From the NCBI GenBank assembly GCA_963697335.1, contig CAVONQ010000010.1, positions 1-64,000 of the forward strand: a stretch of DNA of 64,000 nt, in the 5' to 3' direction. This document shows, piece by piece, positions 30,034 to 37,877 of the stretch. The notes below the pieces were generated by a model. The model saw only the letters and a program-made list of their open reading frames with translations. It made no database searches and was not told the origin of the DNA. The position numbers and the translations under genes are program-made. Every line of letters starts with the position of its first letter. Within the stretch, counting starts at the first letter, position 1. Origin of the DNA: an uncultured cyanobacterium. GTDB taxonomy: Bacteria > Cyanobacteriota > Cyanobacteriia > PCC-6307 > Cyanobiaceae.

Positions 30034-30441
30034 ATGCCGTGGATCCAGCGTGAGGCGCAACGACGGCTGACGGAGCAGCAGGAACTGAGCACCATGGCTG
30101 GGCCAGTGCTGAGGCCCCTGCGCTTTGAGCTGCTGGGTAGCGCTGGCCTGCTGCTCAAGGTCCGCTGTGACCATCCGGCCTGGCTGAGCTTCTATGTCAG
30201 CGAGGCGGCCCTGGTGGCGGACGGCGGGCGGCCCCAGGGCCAGGACCCGGCGCCCAGCTCGGGCGTGGTGTGTGATCTGTTGTTCACGGCCGGGATGCTG
30301 GAGCTGCTGCTGCCGCCGGGGGTGAGCTGGGCGAACCAGGACAGCCCTCTGGCCCCGGTGCTGCATGGGGTGCTGCGCACGGAGCTGGAGGCGCCGGCGA
30401 CGGTGAGCCTGGCGGTGGATGCCCTGGCGCTGAGCTTCTGA
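30034..30441 (+). CDS. Phage fibre-associated structural domain protein
   Basis: LLKVRCDHPAWLSFY......D..R....DPAPSSGVVCD resembles a domain I recall from cyanophage fibre proteins. Confidence 0.5.
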   Translation: MPWIQREAQRRLTEQQELSTMAGPVLRPLRFELLGSAGLLLKVRCDHPAWLSFYVSEAALVADGGRPQGQDPAPSSGVVCDLLFTAGMLELLLPPGVSWANQDSPLAPVLHGVLRTELEAPATVSLAVDALALSF

Positions 30442-30615
30442 TGGCAAGGTGCCGCGGCCGGGCCGGCACCGGTGTCCCCTGGCCCCGCGCCACCGGCTGA
30501 CCGGGGTTGCACACCTTCCTGGGGGCGCCATGACCTGCAACCTGATCCGCCTGCGCTGTGAGCGCAGCTACGGCCCCTCTGGCGAGGCCCTGCAGCCGCA
30601 GGCGTGGCCTGGGCC

Positions 30616-30885
30616 TCAGCTCGCGGCCCTGGCCTCGATGCTGCGCTCGCGGGCAGCCTCGAGGGTGGCATCGATCTCGCCGGTGCGGGCGAGGAACTGC
30701 TCGATGGCGGGCAGCAGCTCCTCCTCCAGCAGGGCGAGCTCCTCTTCCCCGTAGGGGTGATCGATCCAGAGGCGGCGGATCGGCCGACCCCTGTGCTGCT
30801 CGAGCAGCCGCCGCAGGGAGGTGTGGCATGACTGCACCACGGCGACGGGATCCTGACGGGTGAGGGAATCGAGCTGGAAGGACAT
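30616..30885 (-). CDS. Hypothetical protein (89 aa) downstream of hairpin repeat C
   Basis: MSFQLDSLTRQDPVAVVQSCH...LWIDHPYGEEEL; GC3-rich codon usage. Confidence 0.55.
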   Translation of the reverse strand: MSFQLDSLTRQDPVAVVQSCHTSLRRLLEQHRGRPIRRLWIDHPYGEEELALLEEELLPAIEQFLARTGEIDATLEAARERSIEARAAS

Positions 30886-30931
30886 GGCGGGCAGGCGCCT
30901 GGTGGGCGCGGTGACGGGACGCGAAGCGAAG

Positions 30932-31005
30932 CCGCCGGGATGGCAAGGGCCGCCGAGCGCAGCGATGGCGGCTTGCGCAGCCCTTGCCCCCGGCGGACGC
31001 TGAAG
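30932..31005 (-). repeat. Hairpin repeat C
   Basis: ccgccggg..gcaaggg ccgcc-gagcgcagcgat-ggcgg cttgcgcag cccttgc..cccggcgg..tgaag. Confidence 0.75.
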
Positions 31006-31051
31006 CAGCCCGGCACAGCCCTGGGATGGGGCCATGCCGGGCCCGCAGGCC

Positions 31052-32005
31052 TCAGGCCGCCACCGGCTGCGCCGCTGCGGCATTGGGCTCCCGATCGGGC
31101 GCCGGAGCCTCGGGGCAGATCAGATCCACGGCCTGGCGTGCCTCGCTGACCAGCTGGAGCAGCAGCCTGGGTGACTCGCGCAGCACGGAGATCCAGCTCT
31201 CCAGATAGGCGGCGTGATTGGTGAGCTCACAGCCGATCTGCAGCCGCTGCCCCAGCAGGACGCTGCCCAGCTCTGCGACCAGCTCCTCCCGGGCATAGGG
31301 CCTGGAGCCGAAGCCGCCTGAGAGATCCCGCTTGAGGCGGGACTCGTGGCCGGTGGAGTGGATGGCCTCGTGGCCCCAGGTGGCGTAGAGCGCTGCAGCG
31401 CCGTGGAAGCTCTGGCGCCCTGGCAGCTGGATCTGATCGGTGGCCGGGACATAGAAGGCCCGCTCACCGCCCCAGCCGACCGGCACCGGCCAGGCTGCGA
31501 GGATCTCCTCGGCTTGGCTGATCGGCTCGATGGCCGGCCGCTCTGGGGCCTGGGGCATGCGGGCCTGGATCAGGCCGGCGAGGGCCTCACCCTGCAGATC
31601 GGAGACATTGAACACCGGCACCGGGCGATAGCTGGCCCAGCTGTGGAGCACCTTCTCGCCGCCTTTCTCCTCCTCGCGGCAGTGCAGCTGGGGCCGGAGG
31701 ATGCGGACGGACTTGCTGCCCTTGAGCGGCACGATGCCGAGCTTCTTGGCCTCGGCGAAGCCGCACCAGAAGGGCAGCGACGAGCCGCGCATGGCCATGC
31801 CCAGCTCCAGCAGGATTGGGTTGCCGCCTCGATAGGCGCGGCCGGTGAGCAGATTGATGTGGACGCCGCCGCCTGTGCAATCCCAGGGCTTCCGCCAGGG
31901 CGTGGTGCCGGCCTCGAGCAGCTCGATCAGATCGCGCACCATGGCCTCCTCGGGCGAGGGGCCATCGAACTTCTTGCGGCGGTGCGTGGTGGTGGATGCG
32001 GCCAT
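31052..32005 (-). CDS. ardC: ArdC-like antirestriction protein, copy 2
   Basis: PWRKPW, YRGGNPILL, HEAIHSTGHESRLKR, YAREELVAELGS; paralog of 17735-18646. Confidence 0.9.
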   Translation of the reverse strand: MAASTTTHRRKKFDGPSPEEAMVRDLIELLEAGTTPWRKPWDCTGGGVHINLLTGRAYRGGNPILLELGMAMRGSSLPFWCGFAEAKKLGIVPLKGSKSVRILRPQLHCREEEKGGEKVLHSWASYRPVPVFNVSDLQGEALAGLIQARMPQAPERPAIEPISQAEEILAAWPVPVGWGGERAFYVPATDQIQLPGRQSFHGAAALYATWGHEAIHSTGHESRLKRDLSGGFGSRPYAREELVAELGSVLLGQRLQIGCELTNHAAYLESWISVLRESPRLLLQLVSEARQAVDLICPEAPAPDREPNAAAAQPVAA

Positions 32006-32036
32006 GGGACAGGGCGCAAAGGACGCCGAAGTGACC

Positions 32037-32115
32037 GCGCGGACAGCGCAAGGGCGGGAGGCCCGCCAGGGCCGAGCGCTTGCGTAGCCCTTGCGCCATT
32101 CCGCGCACACTGAGG
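32037..32115 (-). repeat. Hairpin repeat D upstream of ardC copy 2
   Basis: gcgcgga..gcaaggg..cttgcgtag cccttgc..tccgcgc..tgagg; ATG 43 nt from the GCAAGGG arm. Confidence 0.7.
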
Positions 32116-32141
32116 CAACCAGCGCGCCCAACCCCCTGGCT

Positions 32142-32660
32142 TCAGGCAGCCTTCCTGCGCCTTTCGGCGGGGAGGGTGACGACCAGGCTGGTGGGAGGGA
32201 CGCCTGGAAGTCCGTAGAGGCCAGCAGCGACGCTCTGGAGATCGTCCAGGCGGAAGGTGCGGCCGATGTTGCGCAGCTCGATCACGTCCTTGGGTCCGAA
32301 GTTGTGGACGCGGAAGCGCTGCATGTGATTGAAGGGCCCGTGCTCCTTGGTGGTGTTGGCGAAGCTGAAGCTGTGGCTGCCGTCGCCCTTGAAGTCGATG
32401 ACCGAGTTGACCCGCTTGGTGATCGCTCCGGCCTGGGGCCCGAACTCGATGTGATCGGCGCCCTTGATGCTCCAGCTGGCGGCCATGGCGCGGTCGATCG
32501 ACACCTTGCTGACCGGGCCTTTGAGCCTGATGCGGATGCGGTTGATGACGGGCTGACCGGCCCAGCCGTTGTTGCCGCGCAGGATGAGGCGATCGCCCTT
32601 GCTGGAGAGGCTGGCGTTGATCCAGTTGGGCAGGCCGCTGACGAAGTCGTTGGGGTCCAT
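32142..32660 (-). CDS. Hypothetical protein
   Basis: 172-aa ORF with host-like codon usage; no family recognised. Confidence 0.6.
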   Translation of the reverse strand: MDPNDFVSGLPNWINASLSSKGDRLILRGNNGWAGQPVINRIRIRLKGPVSKVSIDRAMAASWSIKGADHIEFGPQAGAITKRVNSVIDFKGDGSHSFSFANTTKEHGPFNHMQRFRVHNFGPKDVIELRNIGRTFRLDDLQSVAAGLYGLPGVPPTSLVVTLPAERRRKAA

Positions 32661-32718
32661 GGGGAAGCTCCGGTGCGGGCGTGAAGGCGTCCCGCTGTAG
32701 AGCTCTTGCCTGCTGCGC

Positions 32719-33036
32719 TCAGGCCTGCTCGGCCAGCCAGTGGAGAGCGGAGCGAATCACCTCGGCGTGGCAGGGCAGCGGAGCGCACCAGCACATCAGC
32801 TCCAGCCGGCCGGCCCGGGCCCGCCCGAGCAGCTGCTCGAGCTCCTGGTGCTGGATCGAGCCGGGCTCCTGCAACCGCCCCCAGAGCCAGCGCCGGTAGC
32901 GGGCGATCACCTCAGCGCGGCTGCCATTGCGGCCGAGCTGGAAGGGATTGCCGAGCGGGCTTGGCCGGCCCACATAGGCCTGGCCGGGCAGGGGATCAGA
33001 GAGCCCTCGCCGGGCCTTGCCGATCGTGATTTCCAT
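32719..33036 (-). CDS. DUF4326 domain protein
   Basis: YVGRPSPLGNPF, RAEVIARYRRWL, LMCWCAPLPCHAEVI. Confidence 0.85.
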   Translation of the reverse strand: MEITIGKARRGLSDPLPGQAYVGRPSPLGNPFQLGRNGSRAEVIARYRRWLWGRLQEPGSIQHQELEQLLGRARAGRLELMCWCAPLPCHAEVIRSALHWLAEQA

Positions 33037-33201
33037 GGCGCCTCCGCCGGTGTGCGCCCTGACCACGCTGCCGAAGGTGGCGATGCTGAGGGGTGGCGCC
33101 GGTGGACGCCATGGACATGCGATCCGCAGCGGGGCGTGAGTGCACAGCCCTGAACGGTCAGGCCGGATCGGTCGACCGGTGCTTCCGCCAATCCTGCCTG
33201 T

Positions 33202-33221
33202 TTGCGTACATCTTGCGTACA
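33202..33221. repeat. Direct repeat TTGCGTACA x2, candidate integrase arm-type site
   Basis: ttgcgtaca-tc-ttgcgtaca about 30 bp from the tRNA 3' end. Confidence 0.5.
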
Positions 33222-33250
33222 AGCCCCAGGCCCAATCCCTGAGAAGTCAA

Positions 33251-33324
33251 TCGGGGCGACAGGATTCGAACCTGCGACCTAGTGCTCCCAAAGCACCCGC
33301 GCTACCAAGCTGCGCCACGCCCCG
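33251..33324 (-). tRNA. trnP: tRNA-Pro (anticodon UGG)
   Basis: cggggcgtggcgcagcttggtagcgcgggtgctTTGGGAgcactaggtcgcaggttcgaatcctgtcgccccga folds as a cloverleaf; loop tt-TGG-ga. Confidence 0.95.
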
Positions 33325-33368
33325 TCGGGGCAGAGTTTACCGCTCGGTGCCGCTCAGCTCTGTGCTGC

Positions 33369-34178
33369 TCAGCCCAGGGCCCCTGCCCCATCGGCAGCCG
33401 GCAGCACCTGCCGGTAGCCGTTGGCCTCGATCAGCTGCAGGGGGGTGTCGAAGAGGTCGCTCAAGGGGCCGGCCTGGAGCAGCTCGGCCGCTGGGCCATC
33501 CCCTACCAGCTGCCCCTGGCGCAGCAGCAGGCAGCGGCTGATCTCAGGAATGATCGCCTCGATCTGGTGGGTCACCAGCAGCAGGGTGGTGCCGCGGCGG
33601 GTCAGGTCCCTGAGGATGGCGAGCAGCTGGTGGCGGGCCTTGAGATCGAGGCCGTTGGTGGGCTCATCGAGCACCAGCACCTCGGGGTCGTGCACCAGGG
33701 CCCGGGCCAGCAGCAGGCGGCGTCGCTGGCCATCGGAGAGCTCCCGGAAGGGCCGTTCGGCCAGATCCGCCAGGTGCAGCTCGGCCATCAGCTCCGCCAC
33801 CCGCCGCTGCTGGGCGGCGCTGGGCTGCTGGCTGCGGCCCAGGCCAACGGAGCCGAAGAAACCGGAGAGCACCACATCCCGCCCCCTCACCCCGCCGCTG
33901 TAGTAGGCCTGCAGCTGCTCTGACACCAGGCCGATGCGGCTGCGCAGGGCCCAGAGGTTCACGGTATCGCTGCCGAAGATCCGCAGCCAGGAGCCCGGCT
34001 GCACCACCGGGTACAGGCTGCGGCAGAGCAGCTTGATCAGGGAGCTCTTGCCGGAGCCGTTCGGGCCCAGGATCACCGTGTGTTCGCCGGGGAACAGCTG
34101 CAGGCTGAGGTTCTCGAACACTGGCCGCGGGCCCAGGTAGGCGGTCACGGCACGCAGGTCGAGGTAGGGCTCTGCCAT
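33369..34178 (-). CDS. ABC transporter ATP-binding protein (ModF-like)
   Basis: GPNGSGKS, LSDGQRRR, VLDEPT. Confidence 0.9.
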   Translation of the reverse strand: MAEPYLDLRAVTAYLGPRPVFENLSLQLFPGEHTVILGPNGSGKSSLIKLLCRSLYPVVQPGSWLRIFGSDTVNLWALRSRIGLVSEQLQAYYSGGVRGRDVVLSGFFGSVGLGRSQQPSAAQQRRVAELMAELHLADLAERPFRELSDGQRRRLLLARALVHDPEVLVLDEPTNGLDLKARHQLLAILRDLTRRGTTLLLVTHQIEAIIPEISRCLLLRQGQLVGDGPAAELLQAGPLSDLFDTPLQLIEANGYRQVLPAADGAGALG

Positions 34179-34278
34179 CGGTGTCGGAGCCCTGCAGGCG
34201 CTGATGTTGCGATTCTGGCGGTCAGCGATCGGCGCCTCGGCCGGCTCTGCTTAGCGTTGGCTTGCCTCGCCCGCGCCC

Positions 34279-35166
34279 ATGGCCCGCACCGCCCTGCGCC
34301 TGGCAAGCAACGTGCCCGGCCCCTTCTACGTCGACTCCAACTGCATCGACTGCGGCACCTGCTGGCAGTGGGATCCCCACCACTTCGCCCCCACCGGCAG
34401 CAGCTCCCACGTGGTGCACCAGCCGGAGGGGGAGCCGGAGATCGCCCAGGCCCTGCTGGCCCTGCAGGCCTGCCCGGTGGCGGCGATCGGGGCCACCACG
34501 GAGCTGTTGCGCCACACCCCGGCCGAGGGCTTCCCGGCCTTGCTGTTCTCCCACCCGGCCGGCGACATCTATTACTGCGGCTGGACGTCGCGCCGCAGCT
34601 TCGGGGCCAGCAGCTATCTGGTGGTGCGCCCCGAGGGCAATGTGCTGATCGACAGCCCCCGCTTCAACGGCCACCTGGCCCGCCGCCTGGAGGCCCTTGG
34701 CGGCGTGGCGGCCATTCTGCTCACCCACCGCGACGACGTGGCCGACCACGCCCGCTGGGCCGAGCGCTTCGGGTGCCCCCGCTGGATTCACCGCGCCGAT
34801 GCCGATGCTGCCCCCGGCGCTGAGCAGTTGGTGGAGGGCCAGGCGCCGGAGCTGCTCGATCCCGGCCTGCGCCTGATCCCCACCCCCGGCCATACCGCCG
34901 GCTCGATGGTCGCCCTGCTGGGCGAGCAGATCCTGTTCAGCGGCGACCACCTCTGGTGGAGCCCGGGGCAGCGCGCCGTGGTGGCCTCGCGCACCTACTG
35001 CTGGTGGGACTGGCCCAGCCAGGTGGCCTCGGTGGAGCGGCTGCGGGATCTCGATGTGCGCTGGCTGCTGCCGGGCCATGGCGACCGCCACCCCTTTGAC
35101 GCCGGCGCCTGGGGACTAGCGATCGACTGCACACTGGCCTACTGCCGCGGGCTGGCGGCTGGCTGA
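34279..35166 (+). CDS. MBL-fold metallo-hydrolase with N-terminal ferredoxin
   Basis: CIDCGTC...CPVAAI; LTHRDDVADH, TPGHTAGS, FSGDH, LPGHG. Confidence 0.88.
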   Translation: MARTALRLASNVPGPFYVDSNCIDCGTCWQWDPHHFAPTGSSSHVVHQPEGEPEIAQALLALQACPVAAIGATTELLRHTPAEGFPALLFSHPAGDIYYCGWTSRRSFGASSYLVVRPEGNVLIDSPRFNGHLARRLEALGGVAAILLTHRDDVADHARWAERFGCPRWIHRADADAAPGAEQLVEGQAPELLDPGLRLIPTPGHTAGSMVALLGEQILFSGDHLWWSPGQRAVVASRTYCWWDWPSQVASVERLRDLDVRWLLPGHGDRHPFDAGAWGLAIDCTLAYCRGLAAG

Positions 35167-35201
35167 GGGCTGCTGCTGCTCATTCCAGCTCCTTACTGCC
35201 G

Positions 35202-35669
35202 CTACTGAATCGAGAGATCCAGTCGGTATGCCACGGTCTTGTCCGTGTCGCGGTCGTTGCCCATCAGGTACAGCCGAATCGTGTACTCGCCGCTGCTGGG
35301 CAGATTGATCCGTATCCAGTTCTCCGGCTGCATCGATCCCACGACAATGGCCTCCCCGCTGCTTCCCGGTGGCAGCACGTTGAAGTAGACGGTGCCATGG
35401 CCGTTGGTCTGGGCCCTGTCGACGGAGAGTTCGGCGAACAACTCCTGGCCGGCCTGGGCACTTAACCGGTAGTCGACGTAGCTGCGGCCCTGAAGGCTGC
35501 CGCTCAGCATGGTGCCGTAGTCCCCAGGACGGAACCTCACTGCTTCAGACTGCTGGGCCCGAACTTCAGCGAGAGGCAGCACCGCCGCCATGCCGACGGC
35601 GAGGCTGCCCAGCAGCAGCGCGACAGGGAGGGAAGGCAGGAAGGGGTGCCGCTGCAACTGGCGGAGCAT
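35202..35669 (-). CDS. Secreted protein with PPC-like beta domain
   Basis: Signal peptide, VRFRPG, VDYRLSAQAGQ, LPSSGEYTIRLYLM. Confidence 0.7.
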   Translation of the reverse strand: MLRQLQRHPFLPSLPVALLLGSLAVGMAAVLPLAEVRAQQSEAVRFRPGDYGTMLSGSLQGRSYVDYRLSAQAGQELFAELSVDRAQTNGHGTVYFNVLPPGSSGEAIVVGSMQPENWIRINLPSSGEYTIRLYLMGNDRDTDKTVAYRLDLSIQ

Positions 35670-35682
35670 GGTGGTGGCAGTG

Positions 35683-36723
35683 ATGACTTCAGATCTGGAC
35701 CTTACGAGCCGTCCCACCCCCACGCCGCGCCGCATCCTGCTCACCGGGGGCAGTTCCGGCATCGGCTTTGCGGCAGCCCGGCTGCTGCTGGAGCAGGGCC
35801 ATGGGCTGATCCTTCCCTGCCGGGATGCCGTCACCGCCGAGGCCACTGTCGCGCGGCTGCGGGAAGCCCTCGGCAGCGCCGAGCCGAGCCTTCCTGAACC
35901 TGCGCTCAGCGCCCCGGTGGCGGATCTGGCCGACCTCAGCAGCGTTGAGCGCTGCGCCGCCGCCTTGCTGGAGCGCGGCGAGCCCATCGACACCCTGGTG
36001 CTCAATGCCGGCCTCCAGGACAGTGGTGCCCCGCAGCCCCGCCGGTCCGCCCAGGGCTATGAGCTCACCATCGCCGTGAACCACCTGGCCCACCTGGCCC
36101 TTGCCCTGCGGCTGCTGCCCCTGCTCAAGGCCGGCCGGGACCCGCGGGTGGTGGTCACCGCCTCGGAGGTGCACGACCCCACCACCCCCGGCGGCCGGGT
36201 CGGCCCCCCGGCGGGCCTCGGCGACCTGGAGGGTCTGCGCTCGGGCCCCGGCTTCGAGATGGTGGCAGGAGGCCAGGCCTTTCAGGCCGACAAGGCCTAC
36301 AAGGACAGCAAGCTCTGCAACCTGCTCTTTGCCCGGGAGCTGGAGCGGCGTCTGCGCCAGCGGGGCACGCCGCTGCCGGTGCTGGCCTGGAGCCCCGGGC
36401 TGGTGATCCCGCGTGAGAACGGCGGCTTCTTTCGCTCCAGCCGCCGCCACAATGAACTGGGTCAACGCCTGTTCGCCCTGGTGGCCCGCGATCTGCTGCG
36501 GGTCACCGCCACTCCTGCCCAGGCCGGTGCCCTGCTGGCCCGCCTGGCCACCGATCCCGAGGAAGGCAGCCCCGGCTTCCGCTACCGCTGCAACCAGGTG
36601 CTGGGTCCGGGGCGGCTGCGCGAGGCCCTGGTGGAGCCCAGCGCCGAGGCCCACGATGACGCCCTGGCGGAGCGCCTCTGGACGATCAGTGCCGGCCTGG
36701 TGGGCTTGCCGCCGGAGGTATGA
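35683..36723 (+). CDS. SDR oxidoreductase, protochlorophyllide-reductase-like
   Basis: TGGSSGIG, LVLNAG, VNHLAH, TASEVH, YKDSK. Confidence 0.85.
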   Translation: MTSDLDLTSRPTPTPRRILLTGGSSGIGFAAARLLLEQGHGLILPCRDAVTAEATVARLREALGSAEPSLPEPALSAPVADLADLSSVERCAAALLERGEPIDTLVLNAGLQDSGAPQPRRSAQGYELTIAVNHLAHLALALRLLPLLKAGRDPRVVVTASEVHDPTTPGGRVGPPAGLGDLEGLRSGPGFEMVAGGQAFQADKAYKDSKLCNLLFARELERRLRQRGTPLPVLAWSPGLVIPRENGGFFRSSRRHNELGQRLFALVARDLLRVTATPAQAGALLARLATDPEEGSPGFRYRCNQVLGPGRLREALVEPSAEAHDDALAERLWTISAGLVGLPPEV

Positions 36724-37233
36724 GTGTGAAGCACTCTTTCCATCGGTGAAGAGGGATGTCGAGTGCGCCGCTGCATCTGGACACCACCACTGTTTGCTCC
36801 GAAGCTGTGCTCAACAGATCTCGGAGGCTCCTTTGGACGACACTCCGCCCAACCAGATGCCAGGAGCGAACTGACGTTCGGACCCTGCTCCAACAATCTC
36901 GAACCATTCCCGACTGTTCCAGTGCTCAACCATGTGCCCATGGCAGGGTTGATGCACACTCTTCCCGCACCGCCCACCGGCACGGTTCATCCCAGGCCAT
37001 CAGGTGCCCCAGAGTCACCGGAACGTCCATTTAGAGCCATGGCCCCAGGTGCCATTGTCAGGCAGCTCCGCCCCACAATTGAATACAACCGTTCTGACGA
37101 TCTGATCGATCGCGACATTGGGTGCTGAAGTGATCTTCGGCCCTAGCCAGAGAGACAAAGCCCGACGTGTGCAACGCCGGGCTTTGTTGTGGGCTCGATT
37201 GTGCGTGGGCAGGGCTGAGTTCGTGCAGCTGCC

Positions 37234-37680
37234 TCAGCGGTTCAGACGCTGCATCTGCCAGGTGACCAGCGTGCCGATGGGGCTCCACAGCAGGTAGGGC
37301 ACCAGCAGCAGCCAGGCAGCTGTGCCGAGGGGGGCAACAGTGATGCAGAGCGCGACGCCCCAGATCCAGCCCGCCATGCCCACCAGGGTGCCGTTGCGCA
37401 GGCTGCGGGTGCGGCCGATCACCAGGGTGTAGCTCTGCACCAGCACCAGCAGACCCAGGTAGCCGCCCATCAGTGCAAAGCTCCGGCTCGCCATCCAACC
37501 CAGCAGCGCCGACCCATAGAAACAGGCATAGATCGTGATCCAGATCACCGGGATCAGCCGCTCAAAGCTGAGCCAGGCGGGGCGCCGCTGCTGCAGAAAC
37601 CAGGCGAAGTCCTGGCGGGATGGATTCAGCAGCGAGGCCACAGCCACCATCGTCGCCAGGATCACAGCAGCAGCGAGCAC
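37234..37680 (-). CDS. tspO: TspO/MBR tryptophan-rich sensory protein
   Basis: WFxxxRRPAWL, IWITIY, LVPYLLWSP. Confidence 0.85.
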   Translation of the reverse strand: MLAAAVILATMVAVASLLNPSRQDFAWFLQQRRPAWLSFERLIPVIWITIYACFYGSALLGWMASRSFALMGGYLGLLVLVQSYTLVIGRTRSLRNGTLVGMAGWIWGVALCITVAPLGTAAWLLLVPYLLWSPIGTLVTWQMQRLNR

Positions 37681-37877
37681 AGGTGTTGTTGCGAGGAAGG
37701 GTGGAAGCGGTGGGCCCAGCCGTGCCGCTGGCCTGTTGATTCTCCCTCAGCCCAGGTCGTGAAGACAGCAGATCTGGAGGCTCTTTCGGACGATGCTCCA
37801 CCCGATCAGCCTCCACGGGATGGAGCCCCAGCGCTGCAGGAAGGCCCAGATGGAGGCACGATCCGGTGGAGGCGACC

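Noticed and set aside
25003..30441. Complete prophage
   Set aside because: No portal, terminase, tail, lysis, repressor or replication genes recognised
24231..32115. Hairpin repeats as a CRISPR array or integron attC sites
   Set aside because: Spacing is irregular and kilobase-scale, no cas or intI gene is present, no RYYYAAC/GTTRRRY boxes, and the repeats lie upstream of start codons
36763..37128. 121-aa ORF between the SDR gene and tspO
   Set aside because: No recognisable motif and atypical codon usage; several equally weak ORFs overlap it
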